Shown: positions 40,362 to 50,542 of the stretch, in pieces
How the letters are laid out: every line of letters begins with the position of its first letter
Position numbering within the stretch: position 1 is the first letter of the stretch
Assembly (NCBI GenBank): GCA_019704295.1
Contig: AP024596.1
Location: 1,984,001 to 2,048,000, forward strand
Direction of reading: 5' to 3'
DNA from: Sulfolobales archaeon HS-7
GTDB lineage: Archaea; Thermoproteota; Thermoprotei_A; Sulfolobales; Sulfolobaceae
Length of the DNA stretch: 64,000 nucleotides
Notes under the pieces: generated by a model
The model's input: only the letters and a program-made list of their open reading frames with translations
Databases searched by the model: none
What the model was told of the DNA's origin: nothing
Translations under genes and position numbers: made by a program

Positions 40362-42598
40362 CTAGCTAAAAGAACTCCTGGTTGAACGAACTGGTATATA
40401 ACTACTACTATATATGTGGTATAATCAGGTCCTGGTATCCACGGATATTCAGAAATATGAACCGGCTGGAAGTACTCTAGGTTAACTGGAGGGAAAAAGG
40501 CTGGAGAACCGCCTGTAGTGGAGAAGTAGCCGTAGGTAAATGGTTCAACAACCTGATAACCCTGTGATTGGACAGCTTGCACAAATAGATTAATAATAAG
40601 GGAGTTATATGCTCTTGATGTCCAAGCAAATGTATACGAAGAGCTAAGTAGGTTCGCTAACTGAACAGCTTCAGTAGGACTCTGATTGTAAATCGCGTCT
40701 ATCTCCGAACTTGTTTCGTTTACTATAGAAGTATTTATAAACTCATTCTGAGGATAGCCAGCAATTATTGACATAGCACCTATAGCCTTGTTTATGTCGC
40801 CGAAAGAGGTAGTTAGGCCTATAAAGGTTCCTCCTATATCAGTAGGGTATCCTAAAAACGCCACCGTCAAGCCCGAACGGTTATACACTGTTATCGCATC
40901 ATATGCCACGAAGTAAACAGGCCTTGTATAGTTAGGATTTCCATAGGGATAAAGGTGATAGTAGTTCTCGAGAACATGTGCTGCAAAACTCTCGTTATTA
41001 AGAAACATCTCAGCCATTAGCTTTATCTGCGTACCATTCAACGTATTATTTTCGTCTATTACAGTCCTATTTCCTATCACTTCTATCCAATATCCATAAT
41101 CCCACCATGAAAAGATAACTGAATTAGTAGGAGTTTCGTGATTAATCCAGTTTAAGGCGTCTACCCATGCGTAGTTCGGAATACTATACGGAGATGCCGC
41201 CGTAATAATCGCGTTAGGAGTGTTAGATTCAGCAATTGCTATTGCCCCGTCTGAAGCTATGGACGCTAAAATTAGTGCCATAAATATTGCTATTCCTGTT
41301 ATCTTTAACTTATTCTCAATACCAGTTATGGAAGACAGTTTTGATATTATAAATCCAGCTCCAATTCCAGCAACAGCAGCAACCATGTATGCAGTGTAAT
41401 TAAAGAGATATGGCTGAGCGCTCGTTCCATAAAGCGCTATTACGCCTAATGCCGCTAACCAGAGCTGCGCCAGTTTCCCCTTCTGAATAAGTACGTATAT
41501 TCCAGGAATGAATAGTAACAACGCGCTACCGAATTCTCCTAATAGTGAAGTAACTGGTTGAGGTATGTATTCTGCCACAGTCTTATCTATAGGTACAGTC
41601 ACTTGATAGAAGGGATTTATTATCGCAAAATATCGACTAGGAATAAAATTAGTCTTTCCTATAGAAAATAGTCCTGCGATTCCCAATCCTAAAATTGCCA
41701 CTGCGATAGCTGTTATGAGAATCGGTCTCGCCTCTTGAATATCTGCTGGTAGCATTTTCCTTGTATATATATCAATATAGAGAATTGCGCTTATTAGTAT
41801 AAGACTTAAACCATGCGCCAACCCTGACATGAAACCTATGGAGTTCGGTGCAAAGGAAGTAATTAATGCAGAAGTAATAGCAGTTATAGCAAAAGTCTTA
41901 GCAGTGATCTCATCATTTCTATTTAAGAAAACTAATAGCAATGCTGCAGCCCCGAGGGTAAGATCTATGTAAATATTTCCTCCCCACGTTATATCAGCGA
42001 GAAATATCAAGAAACCGGTGGGTATACCTAAAATTGGTTTTTTATCTTCTATAGCCTTATAAAGTAGGAATATAGATAAAAGTATAAACATGCCCCCCCA
42101 CGAAGTCTTCGGTAGTCCTCCGATTATGTTTTTACCAGTTAATGCAGGTGATACAGCAATTAATATAGCTGCGATATAGCCTCCAAACCTATTAATGAGT
42201 TTAGATACTACGAGATATGCTGCGAGTACGCTAAATCCCGCTAACGCTATATCAAGGAATATAGTAACTGTGTAGTTGGCGTTAGCACCAAATGTAGAAT
42301 AGAAAGGTAGTGACAATAGGGATACTAAAAAAGGTAAACCTATAGTGTCGCCTAACTCGATAAAGTATCCGTAAGGATACCATCCGTGTACGTCTGGTGG
42401 AACTGCATACCAATTCCCTCCGGCATGGGATATCAAAACGCTATTATAAAAGAGATACCACGAGTCAAATCCGTTAATTGTAAGAGTGTATTGGGCACTT
42501 AACGTTCTTATTAGCATAGCTATTATTGCTATACTTGTAACGATTAATGCATCAGTGTAATTTAATCCTGTTAAAATTCCTTTTTTTACCTCTTGCAT
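40358..42598 (-). CDS. aglB: Oligosaccharyltransferase AglB (STT3)
   Basis: Many TM helices, GFDSWY, TVAEY, WWDYGYW, DENN. Confidence 0.95.
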   Translation of the reverse strand: MQEVKKGILTGLNYTDALIVTSIAIIAMLIRTLSAQYTLTINGFDSWYLFYNSVLISHAGGNWYAVPPDVHGWYPYGYFIELGDTIGLPFLVSLLSLPFYSTFGANANYTVTIFLDIALAGFSVLAAYLVVSKLINRFGGYIAAILIAVSPALTGKNIIGGLPKTSWGGMFILLSIFLLYKAIEDKKPILGIPTGFLIFLADITWGGNIYIDLTLGAAALLLVFLNRNDEITAKTFAITAITSALITSFAPNSIGFMSGLAHGLSLILISAILYIDIYTRKMLPADIQEARPILITAIAVAILGLGIAGLFSIGKTNFIPSRYFAIINPFYQVTVPIDKTVAEYIPQPVTSLLGEFGSALLLFIPGIYVLIQKGKLAQLWLAALGVIALYGTSAQPYLFNYTAYMVAAVAGIGAGFIISKLSSITGIENKLKITGIAIFMALILASIASDGAIAIAESNTPNAIITAASPYSIPNYAWVDALNWINHETPTNSVIFSWWDYGYWIEVIGNRTVIDENNTLNGTQIKLMAEMFLNNESFAAHVLENYYHLYPYGNPNYTRPVYFVAYDAITVYNRSGLTVAFLGYPTDIGGTFIGLTTSFGDINKAIGAMSIIAGYPQNEFINTSIVNETSSEIDAIYNQSPTEAVQLANLLSSSYTFAWTSRAYNSLIINLFVQAVQSQGYQVVEPFTYGYFSTTGGSPAFFPPVNLEYFQPVHISEYPWIPGPDYTTYIVVVIYQFVQPGVLLAS

Positions 42599-43014
42599 TA
42601 AAGCTTTTTCCTCAGGATTTGAATAAAAGCTTATTCCAATATCATCGGGCAGTATCCCCCTTTTATGTCTTTAAATGGCTGGGAAAGTCCTTGCTTTAAC
42701 ACTGTATAACATCCTCTATACTAAATTATACTAAATAAATCGAAACTATCTATAACTAGAATTGGGTCGTTAGCCTCAATCAGCACCTTCCTAAGTTTTA
42801 GGAGATTTCTACATATTTTCCATAAAGTAGTCTAAATAGATTAATTCTAATAATTATTCTAATAAGCGTTGACGTTAGTTAAAGGAAAGCGTCACCAGAG
42901 AATTAAATACCTAGAATTAAATAGTTATATTACTTTTATTTATATACTATTACAATATTTAAGATTAGTATTATTTTCCTCTTTAAAGTGATCGAGAACT
43001 AGTGTTATACAGGT

Positions 43015-43177
43015 GAGTAATTCAGGGTTCTTTGCGAATCGTAATTTATAACAAATATGCATAAAGCGCAGTAAATTGTTTAGCGTAAATCGCCTACTAC
43101 TCATTGCGGTTATATTGAATTAAATTTGTTACAGTTATTAAAATGAACTAAATTCGCAAAAGGAAAGTAAATCGTCC
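43015..43177. mobile_element. SM4-like MITE, second subfamily, 163 bp
   Basis: TIR GAGTAATTCAGGGTTCTTTGCGAAT / ATTCGCAAAAGGAAAGTAAATCGTCC; flanks ATACAGGT/ATACAGTT; homologous to 46985-47140. Confidence 0.85.
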
Positions 43178-43275
43178 ATACAGTTCACATATCCCTGAAT
43201 GAGAGATTACGTCTAATAATTTCCACATATATCAAATATGTTGAATTCTAACTGAGATATGAAAATTAGGAAAAG

Positions 43276-43827
43276 TCATTTTAATTCGTAAGTAGTAGCT
43301 CTAAACGCTATTCTATATGCGGCCCTTGCATCCCTATCCTTTATATTTACCTCTTTTGTATTAGAACTCGTTCTATCCTCTTTCACTGGGGTAATAGGAA
43401 AGTGTTTAGATATTATTTTATAAACCTCATATGCTTGTGAATTTCCTATACCGATTCCTATACTTTGAAGTTTGTGGGGATATGTTGTCAAGAATTTCTT
43501 CAACTCCTCTACTACTAAATCACTAGTTACTACCTTAGATACTAGTAATTCTCCATCTCCGATCACTGCTATGGTACTATTGTAGCCATTAACATCAATA
43601 CCTATAAGTAGTTCATTAAAATACTTTTTATTACGATAATAACATAGAATTTTACCCAATTCGTAGTCAATCTCCTGTTCATTACTGATAATAATATCGC
43701 CGGACAAGTCAGACACTAACAAGCCGCTACCCTCACATATCTTTATATTTGATGCTCTTAACCTATCTAACACCCTCTTAAGCAGTTTACCATTGTGAAA
43801 TTTTAGCGTAATGCAATTGCCTTCCAA
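43276..43827 (-). CDS. Hypothetical protein with RNase H-like (YqgF/resolvase-like) C-terminal domain
   Basis: LIGIDV, VKEDRTS, DRDARAA acidic motifs. Confidence 0.6.
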   Translation of the reverse strand: MEGNCITLKFHNGKLLKRVLDRLRASNIKICEGSGLLVSDLSGDIIISNEQEIDYELGKILCYYRNKKYFNELLIGIDVNGYNSTIAVIGDGELLVSKVVTSDLVVEELKKFLTTYPHKLQSIGIGIGNSQAYEVYKIISKHFPITPVKEDRTSSNTKEVNIKDRDARAAYRIAFRATTYELK

Positions 43828-44402
43828 TGTTTATAAACATTCATTCCTACTTAATAACTATTATACAAATGATTAGTTTTGATTATAGAGGGGAAATCAT
43901 TTCAATATATGGCGAATCAGGTAGTGGAAAGACTATACTTATGCTCGACTCGGCAACTAAGTATAAGAATAGTTTGTATATTTCTACCGAAGGGAAGGAA
44001 TATCAGGCTAGGGTAGTTTCAATACCTAAGATAAATTCTACTTTTTCCGAAAGTAGTTCCTATTCAGAACTTGCAAAAGAGATTGTTACGGCAAGTTTAG
44101 TAGGATACGAGTTGATAATAATAGATACAATAAATCATCTTTATCGAATTAATAGAAATTATAGAGAATTTTCCCATATTTTACAAATAATTAAGTCGTT
44201 CTCCATATCATACGGTATTAATTTCTTACTTGGCTGGCAAGTATCGATGAATTATAAAGTGTCGGGAGGAAAAATCATGTTATTTTATTCTGATAAAATC
44301 TTTAAAATAGAAAAAAAGTTTAAAAATAGAAGATATATCGTTACAGAAGATGGGAATAAATATTGCTTTGAAATAAAAGTATCCACGATAACGGGTTGCT
44401 GA
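43827..44402 (+). CDS. RecA-superfamily ATPase (RadB-like; likely ATG near 43869)
   Basis: IYGESGSGKT, YISTEG, IIIDTI. Confidence 0.78.
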   Translation: MFINIHSYLITIIQMISFDYRGEIISIYGESGSGKTILMLDSATKYKNSLYISTEGKEYQARVVSIPKINSTFSESSSYSELAKEIVTASLVGYELIIIDTINHLYRINRNYREFSHILQIIKSFSISYGINFLLGWQVSMNYKVSGGKIMLFYSDKIFKIEKKFKNRRYIVTEDGNKYCFEIKVSTITGC

Positions 44403-44890
44403 ACGAATTAGCGGTAGGTATATTATACTATTTGCCGGCCTTTATTGCGAACGGTGGGGCTACATTCGTCAGAAAGGGTAAACCTATTGATTTCGGAAAA
44501 TTCTTTATCGACTCAAACCGAATTCTAGGTGACGGGAAAACGCTTGAGGGAACCCTTGTTGGAACAACGTTTGGAATTTTCTTCAGTATAGGCGAAGTGC
44601 GTATTTTTGGGCTTTACTGGATCGCAATCGGTGCTGGAGTGTCCATGTTTGCCCTCTTAGGAGATATAGCAGGGGCATTCATTAAGAGAAGACTCAAAAT
44701 TGAGAGGGGAGGAAGAGCCCCCATCCTTGACCAGCTCGACTTTGTCTTAGGGGCAACAGTGTTCCTCTTACTTTCACGCGTAAATCTTACGATATATCAA
44801 ATTGGGTTAGTATGTGTTCTAGCGCTTATTCTACATGTATTAACTAACAGAGTAGCTTATAGGTTAAAAATAAAATCCGTCCCGTGGTAA
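44396..44890 (+). CDS. carS: CDP-archaeol synthase
   Basis: PAFIAN, PIDFG, GDGKT.EG, GD..GAFIKRR, LDQLDF. Confidence 0.94.
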   Translation: MLNELAVGILYYLPAFIANGGATFVRKGKPIDFGKFFIDSNRILGDGKTLEGTLVGTTFGIFFSIGEVRIFGLYWIAIGAGVSMFALLGDIAGAFIKRRLKIERGGRAPILDQLDFVLGATVFLLLSRVNLTIYQIGLVCVLALILHVLTNRVAYRLKIKSVPW

Positions 44891-44900
44891 AGTAGTTCTT

Positions 44901-45230
44901 ATGAGTAAGAAACAGCAAAAGGACTTCTATCAGATCGTTTCGTCCTATCCTGTCGTTATTGTTATGCTTATACTTGCAATAGGTTTCATAGCTATTCTTG
45001 CTATTCCGTATTACGTGTCGCCGCTTACTTATGAAAACGGAGGACATCCCTCAGGTATAAACTACTTAGTGCTATTAGCAATGATCTTTGTGTTAATTGT
45101 TTCTGGAATTTATCTAATGGACCACGGGAACGCTACATGGGGATTTTCAATGATAATAGTAGGGTTACTATTTGGGGTTATGCTGATCTGGTTGATATAT
45201 GGTGCAAGCGCTCTTCATGCACTAGGATGA
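44901..45230 (+). CDS. Hypothetical membrane protein
   Basis: Three hydrophobic helices, co-oriented 10 nt after carS. Confidence 0.7.
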   Translation: MSKKQQKDFYQIVSSYPVVIVMLILAIGFIAILAIPYYVSPLTYENGGHPSGINYLVLLAMIFVLIVSGIYLMDHGNATWGFSMIIVGLLFGVMLIWLIYGASALHALG

Positions 45231-45281
45231 GGTAACGAATTTAACAGCAATTTTTAAGCGTAAAATAAGGAGAGTAAATTT

Positions 45282-45683
45282 ATGTCGAAGCTGACTATAT
45301 TGTTAGCAAATAGCTCGATGGAAAATTTCTATCATGCCTTAGTATTAGCAACTGATGCTCGAGCTATGAGATGGGAGGTGTTTGTATTCGTAACTTCAGA
45401 GGCGGTTATTCTCTTTACAAAGAAAAGAAACGGTAAAACTAAGTCTTCTCTAGGTTATCTTGCAGGGTTTTTCGTAAAATTTCGATTAAGAAAATTAGGT
45501 GTAAGTAAAACTGAAGAAATGTTAAGGAAAGCTGTTGAAATGGGGGTGAAGTTTTTTGTAGATGAAATAGGACTTAAGCTTGCAGGATACACTCCTGATG
45601 ACATAATCGACAAAGTAGAGCTAAGCGGGGGTGTGTCATTTTTACAAGAAGCAAGAGAGTCGGATGTGGTGGTAAGTCTATGA
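45282..45683 (+). CDS. DsrE/DsrF-like protein (no cysteine)
   Basis: ALVLAT..RAM.WEVFVFVT, A.EMGVKFFVDE, GVSFL.EA.ESDVVVSL. Confidence 0.78.
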   Translation: MSKLTILLANSSMENFYHALVLATDARAMRWEVFVFVTSEAVILFTKKRNGKTKSSLGYLAGFFVKFRLRKLGVSKTEEMLRKAVEMGVKFFVDEIGLKLAGYTPDDIIDKVELSGGVSFLQEARESDVVVSL

Positions 45684-45922
45684 GTAATGCGAAAACCTTT
45701 ATAATTGATTCTAACGACGTCTGTTCAGTTACGTTATCTAATATAGTAAAAATATGGTCTAATGCCTCAATAAATGACGTAATAGTCGTCAAAACCTCTT
45801 GGAAGGCCTCAGTTAAGGAACTTGAGAGGTGGTGTCAAGAAACCAATAATGTTATGGAAAACGTTTCTACTGAAAACGGAAAATATGTGATCAGAATAAG
45901 ATTAACTACGCCTTTCGGATAG
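45680..45922 (+). CDS. TusA/SirA-like protein
   Basis: 80 aa, D..DVCSV, WCQETNN, YVIRI; ATGA overlap with the DsrE-like gene. Confidence 0.72.
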   Translation: MSNAKTFIIDSNDVCSVTLSNIVKIWSNASINDVIVVKTSWKASVKELERWCQETNNVMENVSTENGKYVIRIRLTTPFG

Positions 45923-45933
45923 GTTTTACTTCA

Positions 45934-46845
45934 TCACTTACCAAAGTTTCTCTTTCTTTTTTGATACGACCTTATTGCCCTCCATAAGTCTATATCCCTG
46001 AAATCGGGCCAATTTACATCACAAAAGTAAAGTTCTGAGTAAGCTATATGCCACAACAAAAAGTTACTTATCCTAATTTCCCCCGCCGTTCTTATAACCA
46101 AATCTATATCGTCGACTTCATTCAAATATAGATGTTTTCTAATAATCTCTTCATTTATCTGATCTAAGGTAATTTTACCTTCCTTATACTCTACGGCTAA
46201 ATGCTTAACAACGTCTATTATTTCTTGTCTGCCCCCATAACATATTGCTAATGTAAGAAGTCGCTCTTTATAATGTTCTGTCTTATTCGTTATATCGTTA
46301 ATGGTAGAAACTAAGTTTTCTGGTAAGACGGTTATATCCCCAATAACTTTTACTTTAATATTATTTTTATATATTATTTGATCATTAATGAGGTCCTCGA
46401 GACCTCTCTTAACATACCCAAGAATAATACGTAATTCCTCAGCGCTCCTCTTAGTGCAGTTTTCTGAGGAGAGAGTAAATATCGTAACATTCCTTATGCC
46501 TAAGTCGAGCAACCAATACATAACTTGTTTCACCTTGAGATATCCTATTTCATACGCTTCATCTAAACTCGCATCATTATTTCTAGCCCATCGTCTATTT
46601 CCGTCAGGTATAATTCCCACGTGCTTAGGCATAGGTCCGTTGGAAATCTCGTCCCACAACCTCTTTTTATATACCTTGTACGCAATACCATTCATAGCAT
46701 CTAATATGGAACCTCTTTGCATGCCCCTGCCTACGTTAGTACTAATTATTGAGTTTAAATATATCATCCTAATTTGTTCAGGAGATTTCCCCGAATTTCG
46801 GTATACGACCCTCTTGTAAATGTAATCACAGGACAAGTCGTACAT
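45934..46845 (-). CDS. uppS: cis-prenyl (undecaprenyl-type) diphosphate synthase; real start probably downstream of 46845
   Basis: [37 protein letters not shown]. Confidence 0.94.
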   Translation of the reverse strand: MYDLSCDYIYKRVVYRNSGKSPEQIRMIYLNSIISTNVGRGMQRGSILDAMNGIAYKVYKKRLWDEISNGPMPKHVGIIPDGNRRWARNNDASLDEAYEIGYLKVKQVMYWLLDLGIRNVTIFTLSSENCTKRSAEELRIILGYVKRGLEDLINDQIIYKNNIKVKVIGDITVLPENLVSTINDITNKTEHYKERLLTLAICYGGRQEIIDVVKHLAVEYKEGKITLDQINEEIIRKHLYLNEVDDIDLVIRTAGEIRISNFLLWHIAYSELYFCDVNWPDFRDIDLWRAIRSYQKRKRNFGK

Positions 46846-46984
46846 TACTGATTTACAGCACTTTCATGAGTTTCAGGAGGTTCAGACATATTATACATGC
46901 AGCAATTAACGGTTTTCTATTCCAATAAGACAATTCTAATAAGTATTGACGCTAATTACGTATAATTCAAAAGTATTATAACTA

Positions 46985-47140
46985 GAGAGATTCAGGGTTC
47001 TTTACAAATTGTAATTTATAACAAAGTATGGACAAAATGCAGTAAATTGTTTAGCGTAAATCTTCTACTAGTCGTTGCAATATTAAATTTGTTACAGCCA
47101 TCGAAATAAACTAAATTCACGAAAGGGACGTAAATTACCC
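46985..47140. mobile_element. SM4-like MITE, second subfamily, 156 bp
   Basis: Shares ATTCAGGGTTCTTT, GCAGTAAATTGTTTAGCGTAAATC and TTAAATTTGTTACAG with 43015-43177. Confidence 0.85.
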
Positions 47141-47285
47141 TGCACCTATCTTATAAGTATATTGTCCTTTTTCACTCATTATTGAACCCCTTATTGAGTT
47201 CTAAAATTTCTGTTTTTTACTTTTAGCCGAAAAAAATACGCTTTATGAAATACGTTTTTTAGCCTTCAAAGCATACTGTTTATTT

Positions 47286-48149
47286 ATGAGTGATAATCCT
47301 TTCAGAATTCAAAGACAGCCAAGGGATCTGAGAAAGCAGCCAGCTGCTATTCAGGCCGTTGATACAAAGATTCAAGTAAATATGAGTAAAATTAGACATA
47401 AAATTGCCGTATTAAGTGGAAAAGGAGGCGTAGGAAAATCTTTTGTCTCATCTAATATCGCTTTAGCCATAGCAAGCACGGGTAAAAGAGTAGGCGTAGT
47501 AGATGTTGATTTTCATGGGCCTTCAATACCTAAAATGATGGGTATAAGGGGTAAGTCGTTATACGCAGATGAACAAGGAATTATCCCAGTTGACGGACCT
47601 TTCGGAGTAAAAGTAGTCTCTATGGATTTCCTTTTACCTAAGGACGATACTCCTGTAGTTTGGAGGGGAGCAATAAAGCATACAGCGATAAAGCAGTTTC
47701 TAGGAGATGTAAAGTGGGGGGAGTTAGATTACCTTTTCGTAGATATGCCTCCCGGTACAGGCGACGAGGCTCTTTCAATAATGCAATTACTGTCAAATCC
47801 AACGGGTTTCATAATCGTCACCATACCAAGCGAGGTATCCACATTAGCAGTGAAAAAATCGATATCATTCGCGAAAACTACTAATACGAAAATATTAGGA
47901 ATTATCGAAAACATGAGCTATTATGAGTGCGGTAATGAGAGACATTATATTTTTGGGAAAGAAAAAGGAAGGAAAATGGCTGAGGAAATGGGAGTCCCGT
48001 TATTAGGTGAAGTTCCAATTGACGAAAGGATAGCCGAGTCCAACGATCTTGGGGAACCATTTTTCCTAAGATATCCCGACTCAGAAACTGCTAAAGCTTT
48101 TCTCAAAATTGCTGAAAGCGTATTAAATATAGTAGAAAAGGGAGGATGA
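47286..48149 (+). CDS. Mrp/NBP35 Fe-S cluster carrier ATPase
   Basis: SGKGGVGKS, DVDFHGPS, VVWRG, DMPPGTGD, ENMS. Confidence 0.94.
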   Translation: MSDNPFRIQRQPRDLRKQPAAIQAVDTKIQVNMSKIRHKIAVLSGKGGVGKSFVSSNIALAIASTGKRVGVVDVDFHGPSIPKMMGIRGKSLYADEQGIIPVDGPFGVKVVSMDFLLPKDDTPVVWRGAIKHTAIKQFLGDVKWGELDYLFVDMPPGTGDEALSIMQLLSNPTGFIIVTIPSEVSTLAVKKSISFAKTTNTKILGIIENMSYYECGNERHYIFGKEKGRKMAEEMGVPLLGEVPIDERIAESNDLGEPFFLRYPDSETAKAFLKIAESVLNIVEKGG

Positions 48150-49444
48150 TGGATACTTTAACCCCTTTAACGTTATTATTCTTGATCTTATCAGCATTAG
48201 TATCACCAATAGCCCTTTCCTCTTACTATCAAATTGGTTCAAATTATCCGATGGGGATAACTGCCTATTCGCTTTTTAGCGATATATATACGAATTTCGT
48301 AGAAGGCGAGATCAACATCTCTCGCCTATTCATAGGGAATGACATCTTACCAGGTTATGGATACTTTGGAACGGGCAACGCATCATTACAACTAAATGCC
48401 ATGATCGATGGACTATTTTGGTCGCAAAACGTATTCCTAGTTCAGCAAATTTCAAACCACTCCTATAAGATAACGCCAATTGTAAATTTCTGGAACTTGA
48501 GCGGACCTATCTACTTAAATGGAAATAAAACTGTATATGACGGACTTGGTGTCTTGTGTTATCAAGGTAAATCTTTCTATGTGAGTATGCCTGCCTCCTT
48601 AAGTCTCTTTATGAATATTTCTACGACGCTTCAGTTCGGATATAGATATAATAATATTACGAGAATCTATTATAGTATTCCGATTAGAGGAACTTTTCAA
48701 ATAGGTGGAATATCATTAGCTGGAATTCCTAATGACTTAGAATTTGTCTGGGGAGGTCCAGGAGGAGGAAGTTGTGCTCAACTCTCGTTAAATGCAACAA
48801 GTAATCTTTATTACAATAACCACGGTAAAACATCTCTATTTCCAGAAACGTTATCGATTGGTTTTGATACCGCAGAGACCGTTTCCGGTGTACATGTAAG
48901 TGCAAATCTAAAGAACTTGTTATCTCCTTATGCCTTGGAAAACAATGGAAAGGATAATCCAGAGGTACTATGGCCAGTCCCCCCGAACATTACCCTTATC
49001 ACTAACGCGACAAGGCTTAAGGTTATGATGAAATTCGACGGAATGCCCTTAAACTTTCAACAGGTTTACCTAGAGAGAATAGGGTTGGGCGTTGAGAGAG
49101 TTGGATCAAACTATACAGTTAATGGTACTACCTATTTTAACCTATCAGTATCATCGAGTTATTTCGTATACTACCCAGGCAACTTTACCCTATCTTCTGA
49201 ATACCAGTTCGCATCCCCAATTTTAGATTCCCTCTATTCTAATATCGAAAGTACTTTTCATGATGCATATACCGGATTAACCCATTTCCTATCGAGTTAT
49301 AACCATAATAAAGCGCTCAAGTCGGACTTCCATGTGAAATATAAAGGAAGGCTGACTATATCTGACGCAGTTATTTATTTAGTAGCGTTTGTTTTTGGCA
49401 TTTTAATAGCTGTTGTCGCTTCAAAATATAAAAAAGATTTATGA
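48146..49444 (+). CDS. Thermopsin-like membrane-anchored protein
   Basis: Signal peptide, PMGI, ASLQLN, WSQNV, NFWN, EFVWGGPGGGS, DTAET; C-terminal TM. Confidence 0.85.
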   Translation: MMDTLTPLTLLFLILSALVSPIALSSYYQIGSNYPMGITAYSLFSDIYTNFVEGEINISRLFIGNDILPGYGYFGTGNASLQLNAMIDGLFWSQNVFLVQQISNHSYKITPIVNFWNLSGPIYLNGNKTVYDGLGVLCYQGKSFYVSMPASLSLFMNISTTLQFGYRYNNITRIYYSIPIRGTFQIGGISLAGIPNDLEFVWGGPGGGSCAQLSLNATSNLYYNNHGKTSLFPETLSIGFDTAETVSGVHVSANLKNLLSPYALENNGKDNPEVLWPVPPNITLITNATRLKVMMKFDGMPLNFQQVYLERIGLGVERVGSNYTVNGTTYFNLSVSSSYFVYYPGNFTLSSEYQFASPILDSLYSNIESTFHDAYTGLTHFLSSYNHNKALKSDFHVKYKGRLTISDAVIYLVAFVFGILIAVVASKYKKDL

Positions 49445-49488
49445 ATTAGAATGGATCAAAAATAGAGATTAGTGAAGTAGGAATAAAT

Positions 49489-50082
49489 ATGGAACTACGA
49501 AATAAATGTATAGAGTCTACTTACGCAAAGTTAGACGTAAAAGACTACTTACCTAAGTCTTCTCACAAGTATATAAACCAGCCCGAGTTTTTTGAGAAAC
49601 CTATACCGATTACGAACGAGATTAATATGACGGCCCTTTCACTTGGCCTATATATGTTGGATCAACTCGAAATAACTAATGATTCAAAGGTCCTCGAAAT
49701 AGGAACTGGTGCAGGATTCTATACAGATATAATAGCGGGATGTACAAACTCCCAAGTTTTCTCTATGGAAATAGACAAAGATGTTTACAGCAAAGCTAAG
49801 AACGTTATAAAAAGCAAAAATGTTAGTCTCATACATGGTGACGGAGGTCAAGGATTTCAGGAAGGTAGCCCATTTGATAGAATAATTGCCTGGGCATTAT
49901 TTCCCGCAATTCCTTGCATTCCATTCACTCAATTAAAACGCGGAGGAATAATAATAGCTCCAATACAGGTAAGGGAAAAACAGATATTATTTAAGATTAT
50001 AAAGGGCGAAACCGTCGGAATGATCAAGTTAGGAGAAGTTATCTTTACTAAAGCTAAGGGGATTTGTGGTTTTCTAGAATAA
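49489..50082 (+). CDS. pcm: Protein-L-isoaspartate O-methyltransferase
   Basis: VLEIGTGAGF, GDG..G..E.SPFDRII. Confidence 0.85.
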   Translation: MELRNKCIESTYAKLDVKDYLPKSSHKYINQPEFFEKPIPITNEINMTALSLGLYMLDQLEITNDSKVLEIGTGAGFYTDIIAGCTNSQVFSMEIDKDVYSKAKNVIKSKNVSLIHGDGGQGFQEGSPFDRIIAWALFPAIPCIPFTQLKRGGIIIAPIQVREKQILFKIIKGETVGMIKLGEVIFTKAKGICGFLE

Positions 50083-50269
50083 TGTTTACACTTCTTGAAT
50101 GTTAAGTATCTAGTGTTAATACCTTTCATAAGGATTTTATAGGAATTGAAAGACTTCATTACTTTCTCGTAATACGAAGCGAACGAGCAATGAGCGAGTA
50201 ATGAGGATAATCCTTCTCACTAAAAATCATTTTACAGATAATACATTAATCATAGTATTAACAGTCTAA

Positions 50270-50441
50270 GCGTTACCACTACACCTAAGCAGGGTCCATG
50301 TGGTACCCCTCTATTCCAAATCATCAGCCCTATATGGATTCCCCTGATATAAAGCTCAATGCTGGGGCTCTTAATGTTTGTGGAACTCTTTACCGCTGGC
50401 GGGGAACAGGAAGCCTCGCCCCTAACATCAGGGTAATTTAC
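50270..50441 (+). mobile_element. Non-autonomous IS200/IS605-derived remnant (right end)
   Basis: CTAAGCAGGGTCCATGTGGTACCCCTCT shared with about 32354; TGTGGAACTC, CAGGAAGCCTCGCCCC, ends GGGTAATTTAC. Confidence 0.62.
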
Positions 50442-50542
50442 ATTTTTAGTTAGCATTTTTTCTTCTAGGTGTCTCAGGACGTCGAGATAAAGCGTTCTCG
50501 ACCTTCATGTCCCTTAGCGTTAGAGATCTGAAGGAGTAAAAA

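Noticed and set aside
50470-50535. Hairpin GTCGAGA/TCTCGAC with C- and D-like words downstream of herA
   Set aside because: Spacing does not fit a double-guide C/D sRNA or a convincing H/ACA RNA.
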